Assembly: GCA_024679065.1 (NCBI GenBank)
Contig: JAGIQG010000011.1
Span: forward strand, 57,164,001-57,228,000
DNA length: 64,000 bases
Reading direction: 5' to 3'
Source of the DNA: Sphyrna mokarran
Taxonomy: Eukaryota
Shown here: positions 13,135 to 25,527 of the stretch, in pieces
Numbering within the stretch: position 1 is the stretch's first letter
Layout: every line of letters starts with the position of its first letter
Made by a program: the position numbers and the translations under genes
Notes under the pieces: generated by a model
The model's database searches: none
Seen by the model: only the letters and a program-made list of their open reading frames with translations
What the model was told of the DNA's origin: nothing

Positions 13135-13410
13135 TGTCAGCCTGACTCAATAGCAGCACATTCTTGCTGCCAGACATCAACATAGTCCACCACTTTATTT
13201 CAGTATTGCAGGAATGCTGTTTTGTCTTAGGTGCTGTTTTTCAGATCAAACATTAAACCTACTACCCCCATTTACCCTACTCGTGTGGATATATATCTCA
13301 TAACCACCAGTTCAAAAGATCAAGGCAAGCAATTATACTTCAATCAAACAAATAAATACTTACATTTATGTTGTGCCTTTTATGACCATCAAAAGGCACC
13401 AAAAACAGGA
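13135..13410 (+). mobile_element. Degenerate DeuSINE
   Basis: cagtattgcaggaatgctg...ggtgctgtttttcagatcaaacattaaacc Deu-like core. Confidence 0.5.
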
Positions 13411-13479
13411 GTGTAATATAATGGCCAGACTTCAATTTTCACAGAGACCGAGGCAGCAGAATGTTTGAATCTCAAAATC

Positions 13480-14570
13480 AGTCCATTTCTTGAGTGTATT
13501 CTGAATCATTTTCTGGAACAATATGTTCTTGAACCAACAAGAAAACAATTATCTTAGAGTCAAAAATGAGCCGTATGCTGCAATAGTCAATAATCTAACA
13601 GTAAGAGAACACTTTGCTAGCACTGGCCATAATATGATATAATTCAATATTAGGCTTGAGAGGAGCAGGGTGAGTCATGAACCAAGGTTTTACATTTCAG
13701 TAAGGTCGACTTTAAACATGTGAGGCAGGAAGTGATTACGACTTGCTGAGCAAAGTAACTAACTGATAAAATTATGAAATGAATATTAGGAGAAGTCCAA
13801 AAAAAGGATTGGTATGTAGGACCTCCACATGGATAATTAAACAACCTTGAACAATAAGGGAAGTGAAAAAAGTGTATGAAACAAAATATAGGCCCTTATA
13901 TGAAGACAAAGAACTGTAAAGTTCTCACAGATTGGGAAAAATATAAAGAACAGCAAAGAGATACAATGAAAGTGGTAAGCACTGTCAAAACAGGACATAG
14001 GTTAAATCTTGTGAGGGATACGAGATTAGTACGAATATAGTAAGAGGAAGAAGACGGCTAAATGTAATATGGACTCTGTAATGACAGACAAAGACATTAC
14101 TCTAATTGACAACCAGGAAATGGCACAATTACTGAATACTCACATTGTATCAGTCTTTTCATGGAGAACGAAGAAGGAAAAGAGCAAAACAAATTCAAAG
14201 GGTGGCATTACCAAAAACAAAGGAAATATTATTTTTAAAGCTAAACTAAGTTCCAGGTCTCAATGCTTTAAGCCCCAGGATATTAAAATAATTGGTGAGA
14301 AAATTTGTGACACATTCATCACTTGTTTTAAAACCCGTCATTTGAGGAATTATTCTTTTAGAATGTAAAATTGCTAATGTCACTCCACTAATTTAAAAAT
14401 ATAAAACAAATAAACCAGGAAATTACATATCGATTAACCTAATGTCTGCGGTGGAAAAGTTACAGGAATCTGTTGTAGAGGTCAGAGTGACTAAGTGTTC
14501 ATACAAATATGAGCTGATCAGAGAAAACATGCATAGATTTCTAAAGGGAAGTCATATGCAATGCACCAAC
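13480..14570 (+). mobile_element. CR1-type LINE ORF2 fragment (endonuclease end to RT start), degenerate
   Basis: tttctggaacaatatgttcttgaaccaacaaga (FLEQYVLEPTR); aattgctaatgtcactccacta...aaaccaggaaattac (IANVTPL...PGNY). Confidence 0.8.
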
Positions 14571-14579
14571 ACATCCAGC

Positions 14580-16330
14580 CATGGTGAAAGTTTCAAGTGA
14601 GTGACTCTTCTCCTATCAGTGTTCCCCTGTCCGACACTAATGTCATCTTCCTTCCCTTGCATATCTATTTGTGGGCCAAGCCTGGCCATCCTTGTGGCCC
14701 CTGGATACCAGAGACCCAAACAGTTCTGAGGGACTCCTCTAAAAGACCATCATTGAAGGGGCATCACAAATGTCATCCACACCCTCTACTAGTGCAGATA
14801 ATTGCACCCGATGGGATTAATTAAAAACAAAGAACAAAGAAAATTGCAGCACAGGAACAGTCCGTTTGGCTCTCCAAGCCTGCTACAACCATGCTACTCG
14901 GCTTAACTAAAACTCCTACCCTTCTGGAGACCATATCCCTCTCTTCCCATCCTATTCATATATTTGTCAAGATGTCCCTTAAAAGTCACTATCCTTTCTG
15001 CTTCTACTACCACCTTCGGCAATGAGTTTCAGGCACCCACCACGCTCTGTAAAAAATCTGCCTTGTACATCTCCTTCAAACCTGTGCCTCCTAGTAATTG
15101 ACTGTTCCACCTTGGACAAAAGCTTCTGACTATCCATTCTGTCCATGACTCTCATAATCTTGTAGACTTCTATCATTTACCCTTTAACTTCTGTCGTTCC
15201 AGTGAGAACAAACCAAGTTTCTCCAATCTCTCCTCATGGCTGATGCTGTCATACCAGGCAACATCTTGGTAAATCTTTTCTGTACCCTCTCCAAAGCCTC
15301 CATATCCTTCTGGTAGTGGGGCACCCAGAATTGAACACTATATTCCCAGTGCAGCCCAGCTAAATTCTATAAAACTGCAACATGGTTTGCCAATTTTTAA
15401 ACTCAATGCCCCAGCTGATGAAGGCAAGCATGCCATATGCCTTCTTACTATTTTCTCCACCTGCATTGCCACTTTCAGTGACCTGTAAACCTGTAAACCC
15501 AGATCCCTCTGCCTATGAATACTCTTAAGGATTCTGCCATTTACTGTATAACTAGTAGACATGCTTCAGGGTTAATCACTGATGAACAGCTCACTCCTCA
15601 TGTTGCACTCTGCCGAGCACCAGACTGATGACATGTCCTTAGGTTCAGTCATTCCAGAATTGAGTGAACTGCAAAGGCAGAATGATGAGCATCAGGAAGG
15701 AATGACAGTGTCCCTCCTTGGGCTGCAAGGCCAAATGGAGGAGTCCCATCATCTTCTGTCTGAGGAGTTGATGCTGCCACTCCGATGCAACGAGGTCAAC
15801 ACTGCAAGGATGGTGTCTGCAGTGGAGACCTTGCACAGGAGGGGGATATCTATTCCATGATTCAGCTCATGACCTTCATGGCTAAGGGAATGAACTCATT
15901 GGTACGGGGCTTCAACTGCATGGTGCAGGCACTAGTGGGAATCTGTGAGTGTCAGTACCAGAGACGATAGGGCCTTTAGATCTCACTTCTCCGAAGCACC
16001 TGAAAGGAACAGGATCAGCAGGAGCATAGTCCGGGGCCTTCCATCTAGGAGACACTGAGAGTGTTCAGCCCATCTGACATCCTTCTTCTTGTGAGCGACA
16101 CGCCTTAAGCTCTGTACACCTGTGCTTTCTGAATGTAGGCCAGAACCTTTAAGGTCCAGGGCCCCCAGGGAACAGCAAAGTCATCCCAGACTTTGGAAGT
16201 CAGCAGCCTCCTCAACCTGTGGTGGATCCTGGGGATACACCTAGCTGTAGCAGGTGGGTGAGGAAGAGTAAGAAGTGATAGGCCCCTTATGAGCATGGAT
16301 GAACCTAGTCACTGTTAGGGCACTTGTATT
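14580..16330 (+). mobile_element. Harbinger-associated Myb/SANT gene C-terminal remnant, split by a CR1 insertion
   Basis: ASQMSSTPSTSAD before the insert and DDMSLGSVIPELSELQRQ...EVNTARMVSAVETL after it resemble the coiled-coil tail of shark Harbinger ORF2 proteins (recalled). Confidence 0.55.
14824..15558 (-). mobile_element. CR1/HER1-type LINE 3' portion, relatively young
   Basis: Tail aacaaagaacaaagaaaattgcagcacaggaac; ORFs MIEVYKIMRVMDRMDSQKL and QRDLGLQVYRSLKVAMQVEK are CR1 ORF2 C-terminal motifs. Confidence 0.9.
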
Positions 16331-16534
16331 AAAATCACTTTCATCATCCATACAGAGCCTCTACGTGGCTATGTCATGGCATCATGCTCAGCAACACTCC
16401 GAGTAATCTCAGTGTTTCTTCACTGTGCCACTTGAGACTGGCAACCCTATATCTCGCTCAACTTGCAAACTGAGGGCACAGTAATGCCATGCCACTGCTG
16501 ACATGGTCCCTTAAATGGATAATGCCCTAAACAA

Positions 16535-16870
16535 TAGCAAATCACAAATTGATGTTAACATGTGAAACTAAGATATGATTAAAGAAGTTGATAAGGCTCC
16601 CCAGTCCCTGCGGTGCCCACCAAGCATGGAAAGCCTTGATGGTGTCAATGGACAGAGTATGCTCCCTCTCCAGGGACACGCAGCCATAAATGTAGCCATG
16701 ACAGAGGGGTAGACAGGTCAGATGACCCCTCCAGTTGTCCATTGTCTGGACCTGTTAATAGCAAATTTGGCCAGGCCCAGAAGCAGGTTCATGAGGAGGT
16801 CCTTTTCCTTCAACTCCTCTCTCTGCACCAAGTGGAAGCTAGGTTTCCAAAGGTTTAACAGTTGGGTGTC
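16535..16870 (-). mobile_element. L1/Tx1-clade LINE ORF2 C-terminal fragment
   Basis: DLLMNLLLGLAKFAINRSRQ and CLPLCHGYIYGCVSLEREH...AFHAWWAPQGL are typical Tx1 termini. Confidence 0.75.
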
Positions 16871-16984
16871 AATCAGTAGCACACTCATGCATTGCAGTGC
16901 TGACTAAATTGGCACAATTGATTCATTGAGAAAGGGCCAGGGAGCTGATTAGGTGATGGCTTTATCTTATACCAAGTGATGACT

Positions 16985-17295
16985 TCCCCTTGTTGAAATG
17001 TCAAATTAAGGGGCATAGCTTAAAGGTGAAAGGGAGAAATCTTAAAAGAGATAGGCAGGGGAAGTTTTTCCTACAGAGAGTGATGGGTGCCTGGAATATG
17101 CAGCCAGAGGAAGGTGGAATTAGGCACATAAGCAACATTTAAAAGGCATCTGGATGGGTACATGAATAGGGAGTGAATAGAGGAATAATAAAGGTCAGAA
17201 GGGCCTTTTATTAAGTTTAGTTAGGGCATCATGATCAGTGAGGGTTTAAAGAGCCGAAAGACATTTTCCTGTACTGTACATTTCTTTGTTCTTGG
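16985..17295 (+). mobile_element. CR1-type LINE 3' end
   Basis: aggggcatagcttaaaggtgaaagggag...ggtgcctggaat...cctgtactgtacatttctttgttc. Confidence 0.85.
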
Positions 17296-18121
17296 ACACA
17301 CTTGATGTATATGAAGACTGCAATTTATATTCAACTTCACCCTTAGAGAGCATTTCATTCCTCCAGCTCTCATGCACTGTGGATTAAAGGAGTATTCCAA
17401 CTCGAATAACCAGCCACTTAGACACTAATCCCTGACAGCCTGACCTCCATAACCAGTGGCCTTGAAATTCCAGACATCTCATGCCATCCGACTGCAAGGC
17501 TTAGCCTACGTGTGGCAGTTCATTTTGCACTCGTCCTTCTCCTGTGTGTGAGGGTCTTCAAATCTTCATGTAGCTGCTCAACATCACTTGTCAGGGGCCC
17601 TCACTCTACCCATGCAGCCTGGTATCTCACAGGACCCCAGACATTTTTTTCAGTTGTTAAAAGCTAATTGGCATTCCTGTGACCCTGTTCATCCACATTT
17701 TCTAAAAAATAGTAGAAGTTATGGTCTTTTGAGCCAAAGTTCCATTCTGGACCCTCGCCATCCAGTCATAACATCAATTGGGATTGTCACTATGGGCATT
17801 TTCAGGTCTATAGTGATAGAGCAAGGGAATAGGATTTCTCTCCAGAGAGCCAGCATGGACCCATTGAACTGCAAGGCCCCTTTCTGTGCTGTAAAGATTC
17901 TATGATTCTATAGGAATTCTAAAGGAGTTTTATAGGAGGGAGAATAGTGATAACAGAGATATCTATTATATATATAAATTGGCAGAATGTGAATAGTCAT
18001 GTCCCCTGTGATCAATACTAGGACCACAGTTTTTCACTATACTTATCAATGGCTTAGATGAAGGAATGGAGAAATATATGTCTAAGTTTGCTGATGACAC
18101 TGTGCTAGGTGCCACAGTATA

Positions 18122-18858
18122 ATGATACTGTGCTTTTAACAAATATATTTTTATTGTGTTTCTTGTAAAGGGTGTGTTTAAAAGTCAGCTCTGTTTACAA
18201 GGTGTCGATTCATGTGCACTTGGCAACTCACATACTGAAAATAATAATAACATTTGTTCCTAGATAATTATGCATTTGTTTTAATCTAAGCTCATGCATT
18301 TTTTGACTTTTTTCCCCTGGGATTTCAAAATTTGGTTGATTGACAAGAGATGGAGTTATATGAATGGGCAGAGCTAGACTTACAGGGACAAGCAGACAGT
18401 TTCTGCTTGGGACTGCAAACAGCAGCAGGTCTCTTTCTGTCTGCAGTCTGTTGTTTGGGGTTTGTTAGAAAAATAGGCATCTTTGTCCAGAGGTGTTCTA
18501 GAGGCTTGAAGACTGGCAGCCCATGTGAGCCTACATTATTTCTGAAGAGGAGTTTAAGCCTATGAGAAATATTGCTTAAATTGGAACAAATAGAATAGAT
18601 TTGCAGTTAAGAATTGTATCTTGTCATGTTTAAATGGTATTAAATATTTCAAGTGGTAAAAGCTAAGCTAATTTATTTGCTATATTTAAACTGTATTGTT
18701 AAAAATAAAGTTTATTTTGAGAAGAGCTGTTTAGTTTGTCAAAAGAATCATACCTGAATTGAAACACCATATCCTCACACTGATGCCAAAATAAAAAAAA
18801 AATTGGGGTCTAGTTGGGCTTCATAACATATCTTTGAGTTTCTGATCTGGTCACTAAC
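18122..18858 (+). mobile_element. Solo LTR (retroviral/Gypsy-like)
   Basis: Starts TG, ends ...ctaaCA, has an internal AATAAA, and interrupts the CR1 reading. Confidence 0.6.
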
Positions 18859-19162
18859 AACAGTAAGTGGTGAAGATAGAAGCAGAAAATTGCAAAGGAC
18901 ATTGAATGGATAAGTGAGCGAACAAATCTGTGCTGATGAAGTTCATTATGTGTGATCATCCATTAAGAAAGACACCTCAAAGTATTTTCTAAATGGTGAG
19001 AAGGTAGGGATCATTGATGAGCAAAAAAGATTTGGGGATTGGAGAAGCAATAATAGTTCATGGACTGGTGCAAACACAAATTAAAAGGTCGAAGGAATGT
19101 TGGCCTTTAATCTGTAGAGGGTTGAAGTACAAAGGGGTGGAAATTCTGTTACTGTTGTACAA

Positions 19163-20860
19163 TGATGTGGAGATGCTGGCATTGGACTGCGGTAAATACA
19201 GTAAGAAGTCTCACAACACCAAGTTAAAGTCCAACAGGTTTATTTGATAGCAAAATCTACTAGCTTTCAAAGTACTGTCCCTTCATCAGGTGAGTGAGAA
19301 TTCTAATCACAAACTGGACATATAAAGACTCAAATTCAATTTACAAAATAATACTGGAATGTGAGTCTTTACAAGTAACCAAGTCTTAAAAGTACAGACA
19401 ATGTGAGCAGAGAGAGTATTAAGCACAGGTTAAAGAGATGCATTTTGTCTCCAGACAGGACAGTTAGTGAGATTTTGCAAGCCTCGGCAAGTCGTTTTGG
19501 GGGTTACAGATAGTGTGACATGAACCTAAGATCCAGGTTAAGGCCATCCTCATGTGTGTGGAACTTGGCTATCAATCTCTGCTCAGTGACTCTGCACTGT
19601 CATGTGTTGTGAAGGCTACCTTGAAGCACACTTATCCAAAGATTAGAGGCCGAATGCCCCTCACTGCCGAAGTGTTCCCCAACAGGAAGAGAACAGTCTT
19701 GCCTGATAATGGTTGAGAGGTGTTCATTCATCCGTTGTAGCGTCTGTATGGTCTCCTCAATGTACCATGCCTACGGACAAGCTGTCCGCAGACAGATGAG
19801 GAGGATTGCAACAGGAACCTCCAGACACTGAAAGATGCTCTCATAAGAACAGGATATGGCGCTCAACTCATCGACTGACAATTCCAAAAAACTGCACCAA
19901 CCTCCTCAGAAGACAAACACAGGACAGGACACGGTGGACAGAGTACCCTTCGTCATCCAGTACTTCACTGGAGCACAGAAGCTATGACATCTTCTCCAGA
20001 GCCTCAACATGTCATTGATGAAGACAAACATCTTGCCAAAGCCATCTCCACACCCCCACTTCTTGCCTTCAAACAATTGCACAATCTCAAACAGATCATC
20101 ATCCCCAGCAAACTACCAAGCCTTCAGGAGAACATTGACCACAACACCACACAACTCTGACACAGCAACCTCTGCAAGACATACCAGATCATCGAAATGA
20201 ATGCCATCATCTCATGTGAGAACACCATCCACCAGGTACACAGTACATGCTCTTGCAACTCGGCCAACATTGTCTACCTGATATGTTGCAGAAAAGGCAT
20301 GGTACATTTGGGGGACCATGTAGACACTATGACAACAGACGTATGAACACCATGTGACAATCACCAGGCAAAGAGTGTTCTCTTCCTATTGAGAAATACT
20401 TTAGCGGTCACTGGCATTAGGCCTCTGATCTTCAGGTAAGCGTTCTCCAAGCTGGCCTTCATGACACACAACAGCGCTAAGTTGCTGAGCAGAGACTGAT
20501 AGTCAAGTTCAGCACACATGAGAATGGCCTCAACAGGGATCTTAGGTTCATGTCACACTATCTGTAACCCCCATAATGACTTGTCTGGGCTGGCAAAATC
20601 TCACTAACTGTCCTGTCTGAAGACAATCTCTTCAACCTATGCTGTCTCCACTCAAATTGTCTGTATGTTTAAGACTTGATTATCTGTAAAGACTCACACT
20701 CCAATCATTATTTTATAAATTGGATTTGTGTCTTTATATGTCATGTTTGTGAATAGAACTCCCACTCACCTGACAAAGCAGCAGCGCTCCAAAAGCTAGT
20801 AGATTTTGCTACCAAATAAACCTGTTGGACTTCAACCTGACGTTGTACGACTTCTTACTG
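19163..20860. mobile_element. Penelope-like element with two inverted arms (left arm minus, right arm plus), GIY-YIG region
   Basis: Right arm encodes RVPFVIQYF and CSCNSANIVYLICCRK(G)...WYI-type GIY-YIG motifs; left arm 19195-19771 is the reverse complement of ~20295-20860; flanked by direct repeat ttactgttgtacaa. Confidence 0.9.
19255..19296 (-). ncRNA. Minimal hammerhead ribozyme motif in the Penelope terminal repeat
   Basis: Minus strand reads cac-CTGATGA-agggacagtacttt-GAAA-GC-TA-gta: conserved core intact, stem II weakened. Confidence 0.6.
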
Positions 20861-21149
20861 TTGTACAAAGCATTGATTTGAAACCATCTGCAATAGTACA
20901 CTCAGTTCCAAACAGCAGGAAGGATAGATTGGCTAGAATTTTAATTAAATTGTCCTGTCTGCAGTGGGGATCTAGCAGCAAGTCACAAACATAATTCTTG
21001 TTAGAGTGAGCTTTGCCTTGGATGTTTAATCAGAGTGTGAACATGACAGTGACTCACACCTGTCAATGGAATAAATTCTATTCAAAGGGCCTTAGCTAGT
21101 ATCAGAATAGCTGAGTTCTTCCATTTCGTAGATTTCAGAAAGGAAAAGT

Positions 21150-21960
21150 GATACACAGGGAGGCTATATCCAGAGTCTCTAATCTTTCACTGAAGATAAT
21201 AGTGGAGGCTGTGAAAGTCTGCAGGCAAATGGTAAACAGGTCGGCCTTGCAGAACACATAGCATGACCTCCTAGAAGCTGGATAGTGTGCTGCAAGATTT
21301 CAATAATCTCATAAGGGCAGGAGAGTGGAGTAGTGCCCCAGTGTAGGGGCTGTTCCTTCTCCAACATTGGCTGCACAGCACTCTTCAGATCTCTTTTGAG
21401 ATCATGCAGCTCCACACATTCTCGTCTCTTGAGGCATCTTCTGACATCCCCATATTAACAAAGAACAAAGAACAGCACAGCACAGGAAACAGGCCCTTTG
21501 GCCCTACAAGTCCACGCCACCCATTTTAACAATTAGCGAGGGCCTTATTCAAGTCTTTTGTCAATCGTCGACGTTTTTCTCTACCTCTAGTGGAACTCCA
21601 CAATAAAAGGAATTATATGAATGCCAGATTAAGGGACATCCAATTCAGGACAATTTATTGACACCAATCAGCCTAGTTTTTGGGATGTGGGAGGAAATCG
21701 GAGCACCCGGAGAAAAGCCAACACTCATACTCATCATAATATCCTTCACACCCACCTCTCACAGTCACCAGCAAATAGCATCATTCTGTTCTCCCCATAT
21801 TTATAAATTTTTACACTGAAAGCTGGCTCTTTCTGTCCTTACAGGAGAAGAAAATACACAACTCCAGGGAGAAATGGAGAACTGGGGTGACCCAAAATCC
21901 ATGGCCAGCTTGACTGCAGCAGAAAAGGAAGCCTTGTTCATTGGCAGGATGACACATAGC
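21150..21960 (+). mobile_element. Harbinger Myb/SANT gene remnant (two exons plus intron)
   Basis: RVSNLSLKIIVEAVKVCR...RSWIVCCK/FNNLIRAG at ~21170-21325, then acceptor ttctgtccttacAG and EKKIHNSREKWRTG/...LTAAEKEAL at ~21845-21940. Confidence 0.65.
21457..21730 (-). mobile_element. V-SINE variant with (TTCTTTG)n tail
   Basis: aacaaagaacaaagaacagcacagcacaggaaacaggccc tail; V-domain tgtgggaggaaatcggagcacccggagaaa. Confidence 0.75.
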
Positions 21961-22626
21961 TTTTGTATATATATATAGATGATAAAGGATGGAGTTTGCC
22001 CACATACTTAGCCACAGGTTAGATATCATATTTCCAAATGGCAAATAACAGTCATTTTTGTTGAATTGCTGAAGGCATTCATCCCCTAATTTGTTGCCCT
22101 CCCTCAGACATAGCCCCATATCCTGTCTCATATTCTGATGATTGTATATGGTCTGCATAAGTTCAGGTGGTGTAGCTTCATGTGATCTCAAATCAAAGAA
22201 TATCTGCCATATGCATCACAGTTTTCAGGGCAGGGGAATAAGCTCTAACTCTGCCAAAGCCATAGGAGTACCAGCACATGGGAGCAACAGAAAGTGCAAG
22301 AAGAAGACTTCTAAATTGCACAATTAATTTTGGTATTTCTAACAATGTCAATGCTATTATGTATATGAATAATTTCATGCATGTGTTGCTGGATTGTTAT
22401 GATGGTGGATAGTGGTGGTCTTGATGATGGTAATGATTGACAGTAGATAAAGTAATAATGATATGGATCACAGCAAAACTTGGTACAGAGATAGGGTGTG
22501 GTCCAAGGAAGAATTGATTAGCTTTTGGTGAAGTTGCAGATCCTGATCCAGGTCCTAGAATTTATAAAGGATCCATTAACATTGGGCAAAGAGTGAATTG
22601 ACTTTTTTTTAAAAAATTGCGTTATT

Positions 22627-22950
22627 CATAGAATCCCTAAAGTGCAGAATGTGGCCATCTGGCCAATCGAACCTTCACTGACAACAATCCCAAGCCAGGC
22701 CCCGTCCCTACATATTTACCCTACTAATCTCCCTCACATTAAGGAGCAATTTAGCATAATCAATCTACCCAACCTGCATATCTTTGGACTGAGAGAAGAA
22801 ATCAGAGCACCTGGAGGAAACCTACACAGATGTGGAAGAACATGAAAACTCCATACAGACTGTAACCTGAGATCGGAATTGAACCTCACTGATGATTATA
22901 CACAATCATCAGTTAGGCAGCCGTGCTAACCATAATGCCACCATGCTGCC
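22627..22950 (-). mobile_element. HE1-type V-SINE
   Basis: catagaatccctaaagtgcagaa tail through gtgctaaccataatgccaccatgctgcc head. Confidence 0.9.
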
Positions 22951-23039
22951 ATGTTGCTTTAGAATGTTTTGAATTGTCATGGCTGCTGCAGTGAAATCTG
23001 TCATGGCTGTCAAAATGTGAACATAGTTTTCAGAGCAGG

Positions 23040-23245
23040 TTGTTTGATGTGAATTGACCTGAAGACCTTCAAGAAGAAATTAGGTATAGCTCTTGAGCTA
23101 AAGGGAGCAGGGATATAGAGGTGGTGATGTGGGGGAGGGGGGGGGTAGAAACGAGGATATTGATTTTGATGATCAGTCATGATCATAATGAATGGCAGGA
23201 TAGGTTCAAAGGCCGAATGACCTACTCCTGTTTCTAGTTTCTGTT
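23040..23245 (+). mobile_element. CR1 3' tail fragment
   Basis: ttcaagaagaaattaggtatagctctt...gatcagtcatgatcataatgaatggc...ggccgaatgacctactcctg. Confidence 0.75.
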
Positions 23246-23699
23246 AAGACATCTCACTCTGATGGAAGCTCATAATAAAAAGAATAAATTCAGTTTTGTA
23301 GTTACAGAATGTCAACCAGAAAGAGTTGTATAATTGAAATAGCATTGAGGTTACATACTGTGGTGAAGGTCTGCACTCCACTGAGTACCCTGGACACTTG
23401 TTAGTTCATGTTTTAGAACTGTTTAATTGTATAATATTTAGGAAGTTAATATCAGCATCGAATAATGGGAATTCTGCTGCAGCAACTCAAGAGTGTTTTG
23501 ATTCCACTTATTTCCTGTTCCCCATTGTCTGGCTTAAAGTCAGGTAGCTTTTATTTTTTTCCACAGCTTCCCTTGGGCTCATCTATATTTAGAAGTAATG
23601 CCTGAAGGGGAATATTTTTAAGACAAAAAGTGGGAGGGGTGAGTCTAATTATTGAAACAAATATAGGAATGCTACTTCAGAGACTAATGATGTAAGGGG

Positions 23700-24400
23700 T
23701 CATAGAAGGAGCCCGGCGTATTAATGCGATTCGTTTGAAATGAATCTCGTTTTCACCATCACCAACAGCCGCCAGCATCAGGACCAGCGCCGCCGCCACC
23801 ATAACAAGCCAGTAGAGAAAGCGGTGAAACCTGCTCCAAATCGCCTCGGACGTACGACTTCTATGTCACTGGGACGTAACTCAACAATCCTCCCCCTGTC
23901 CTTTGGACCAATAAGGGATTTTATGAAGCAGGTTCCAGACGAGTTGACATGGAGATCATACGCAGGTTCCCTTCACCCCTGTTGGACGAGATGCGTGGAA
24001 AAAGCTGAGAGGATCCCGCGTCATTGTTATCCAGGAATGAATGACCGGAAGCGATCCCGTTGTTAAAGAGACTGGCAACGAAATGCAATCGCGGAATGAA
24101 ATGAAATTGACAGCACGTCTCTAGCCAAAGACGGCAGATTTGCAAATTAAATAGACAGATACAACATCTTAAAAAAAAACAGATTGCAAACCAGATGTTA
24201 ATTTGCGATTGTATATTCCGTGAAGAAACACAATTGGGAAATATGGTGAGTCCATTCAAGGGGATAAACAGAGCAAGGAAGACTCGGTATTTTCTCAGGA
24301 AAATTAACTGTTTTTTATCGCAGATTGGGTCTGTGTGTGTGTGTGTGTACGCGCGTGATTCTTCGGATTGATGCTGTCAGCTTTAGGATGCAGGAAAGCA
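23700..24400. promoter_or_regulatory. CpG-rich promoter region (minus-strand gene)
   Basis: Sharp CpG enrichment against a CpG-depleted background; ETS-type ccggaag at ~24046; CRE-like acgtaac at ~23874. Confidence 0.75.
23757..23802 (-). CDS. Putative first coding exon: signal-peptide-like leader MVAAALVLMLAAVGD of an unidentified gene
   Basis: ATG in good Kozak context (gttATGG) inside a CpG-rich island; hydrophobic 15-codon leader followed by a phase-1 GT donor candidate (G/gtgaaa, or G/gtgatg 6 nt earlier); donors are weak and no downstream coding exon was identified. Confidence 0.5.
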
Positions 24401-25527
24401 ACGAGACAACAAGTTAGCACGGATACAGGCAGCATACGATGTGGTGAAAGCAGAAATGCATTCAATTGGACAGTAAATCAATCAGTGTATTCACCAGCGC
24501 TGTATGAAATTGGGTGTTGTTTTCCTCCTCGAAATAGACTTTTCGAGAATGATTTGGATCTCAGTTCAGAATACCGCTGTTTCCCTTGTGGACAGTCTGA
24601 GTAACAGCACGGGTGGAAATCTCAACTTGTAGCTTATTTTACAGATTGCCAGAGAGAAAGGGAGAAAATGTATCTACATCCCTTAACTGTCAAAGAGAAA
24701 AATTATGACAACGACCCATAACGGCGTGAGCTTTTATATCTTATATAAAAATGAAGTCCATGTTAGCTTTCCTTTGCATTTTGAAAGCATTTTTCTGGAG
24801 TTCCTCAATACAATTTACGTTGTATGTACATTGTAAAGTGGGCTGCATTTTAAGACGACTTAAATAACTTGTGCAGTGATTGGCTTGCAAGTCAGTTGCG
24901 CAAACTCAAAAATAAGCATTTTATATTATCTCATTTTTTATTTTGTAAAACAGGCAATAATTGGATTAAATTATTAAATATTAAATCACAATGTATGACA
25001 ATAACCATTTGCACAGTATCGTATTATTAGAAAAGTGAAAATACGAAGGCAAAAATAGTATGGTGTTTGTAAATTAGATAATTGATACCGATAATTTGAT
25101 GTAATGCATGAGCTTTACATTGTTTATTTTAAATAACACTTGTTTTTGTAAACTTGAACAACTTTTCAGCTTTACAGAAAGAAACAACAATGTATCTAAT
25201 TTTGAACAAGTTAGATAAAAGATACAGCTGACTGTTAAGACAACGACACAGCATTATAGTGATTTATTTTGAATATTAAATTGTACAATATGATAAACGA
25301 AATTGGAGCCAAACATAATAAGACTAAATTTATGTCGGTTAACTGACACAGATGTATAGAGGATAGAGTTCAACCAATTAGAAAATTTTAAAAAAAGCCA
25401 GCAGTTTAGATTATCAACAAATGGCACTGAACAATTTTATCGCCAGATTGATATCTAGGTTCCCCACCCGATGTAATGATGGAAGGAAATAATATATTTT
25501 TTAAGTTAGTAAGGGGCAAAACTTGCT

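Larger units (their letters stand above)
17930..20935 (+). mobile_element. CR1 RT fragment hosting a solo LTR and a Penelope insertion
   Basis: tctaagtttgctgatgacac (KFADDT) at ~18085; CR1 text resumes at ~18860 and again at ~20861. Confidence 0.8.
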
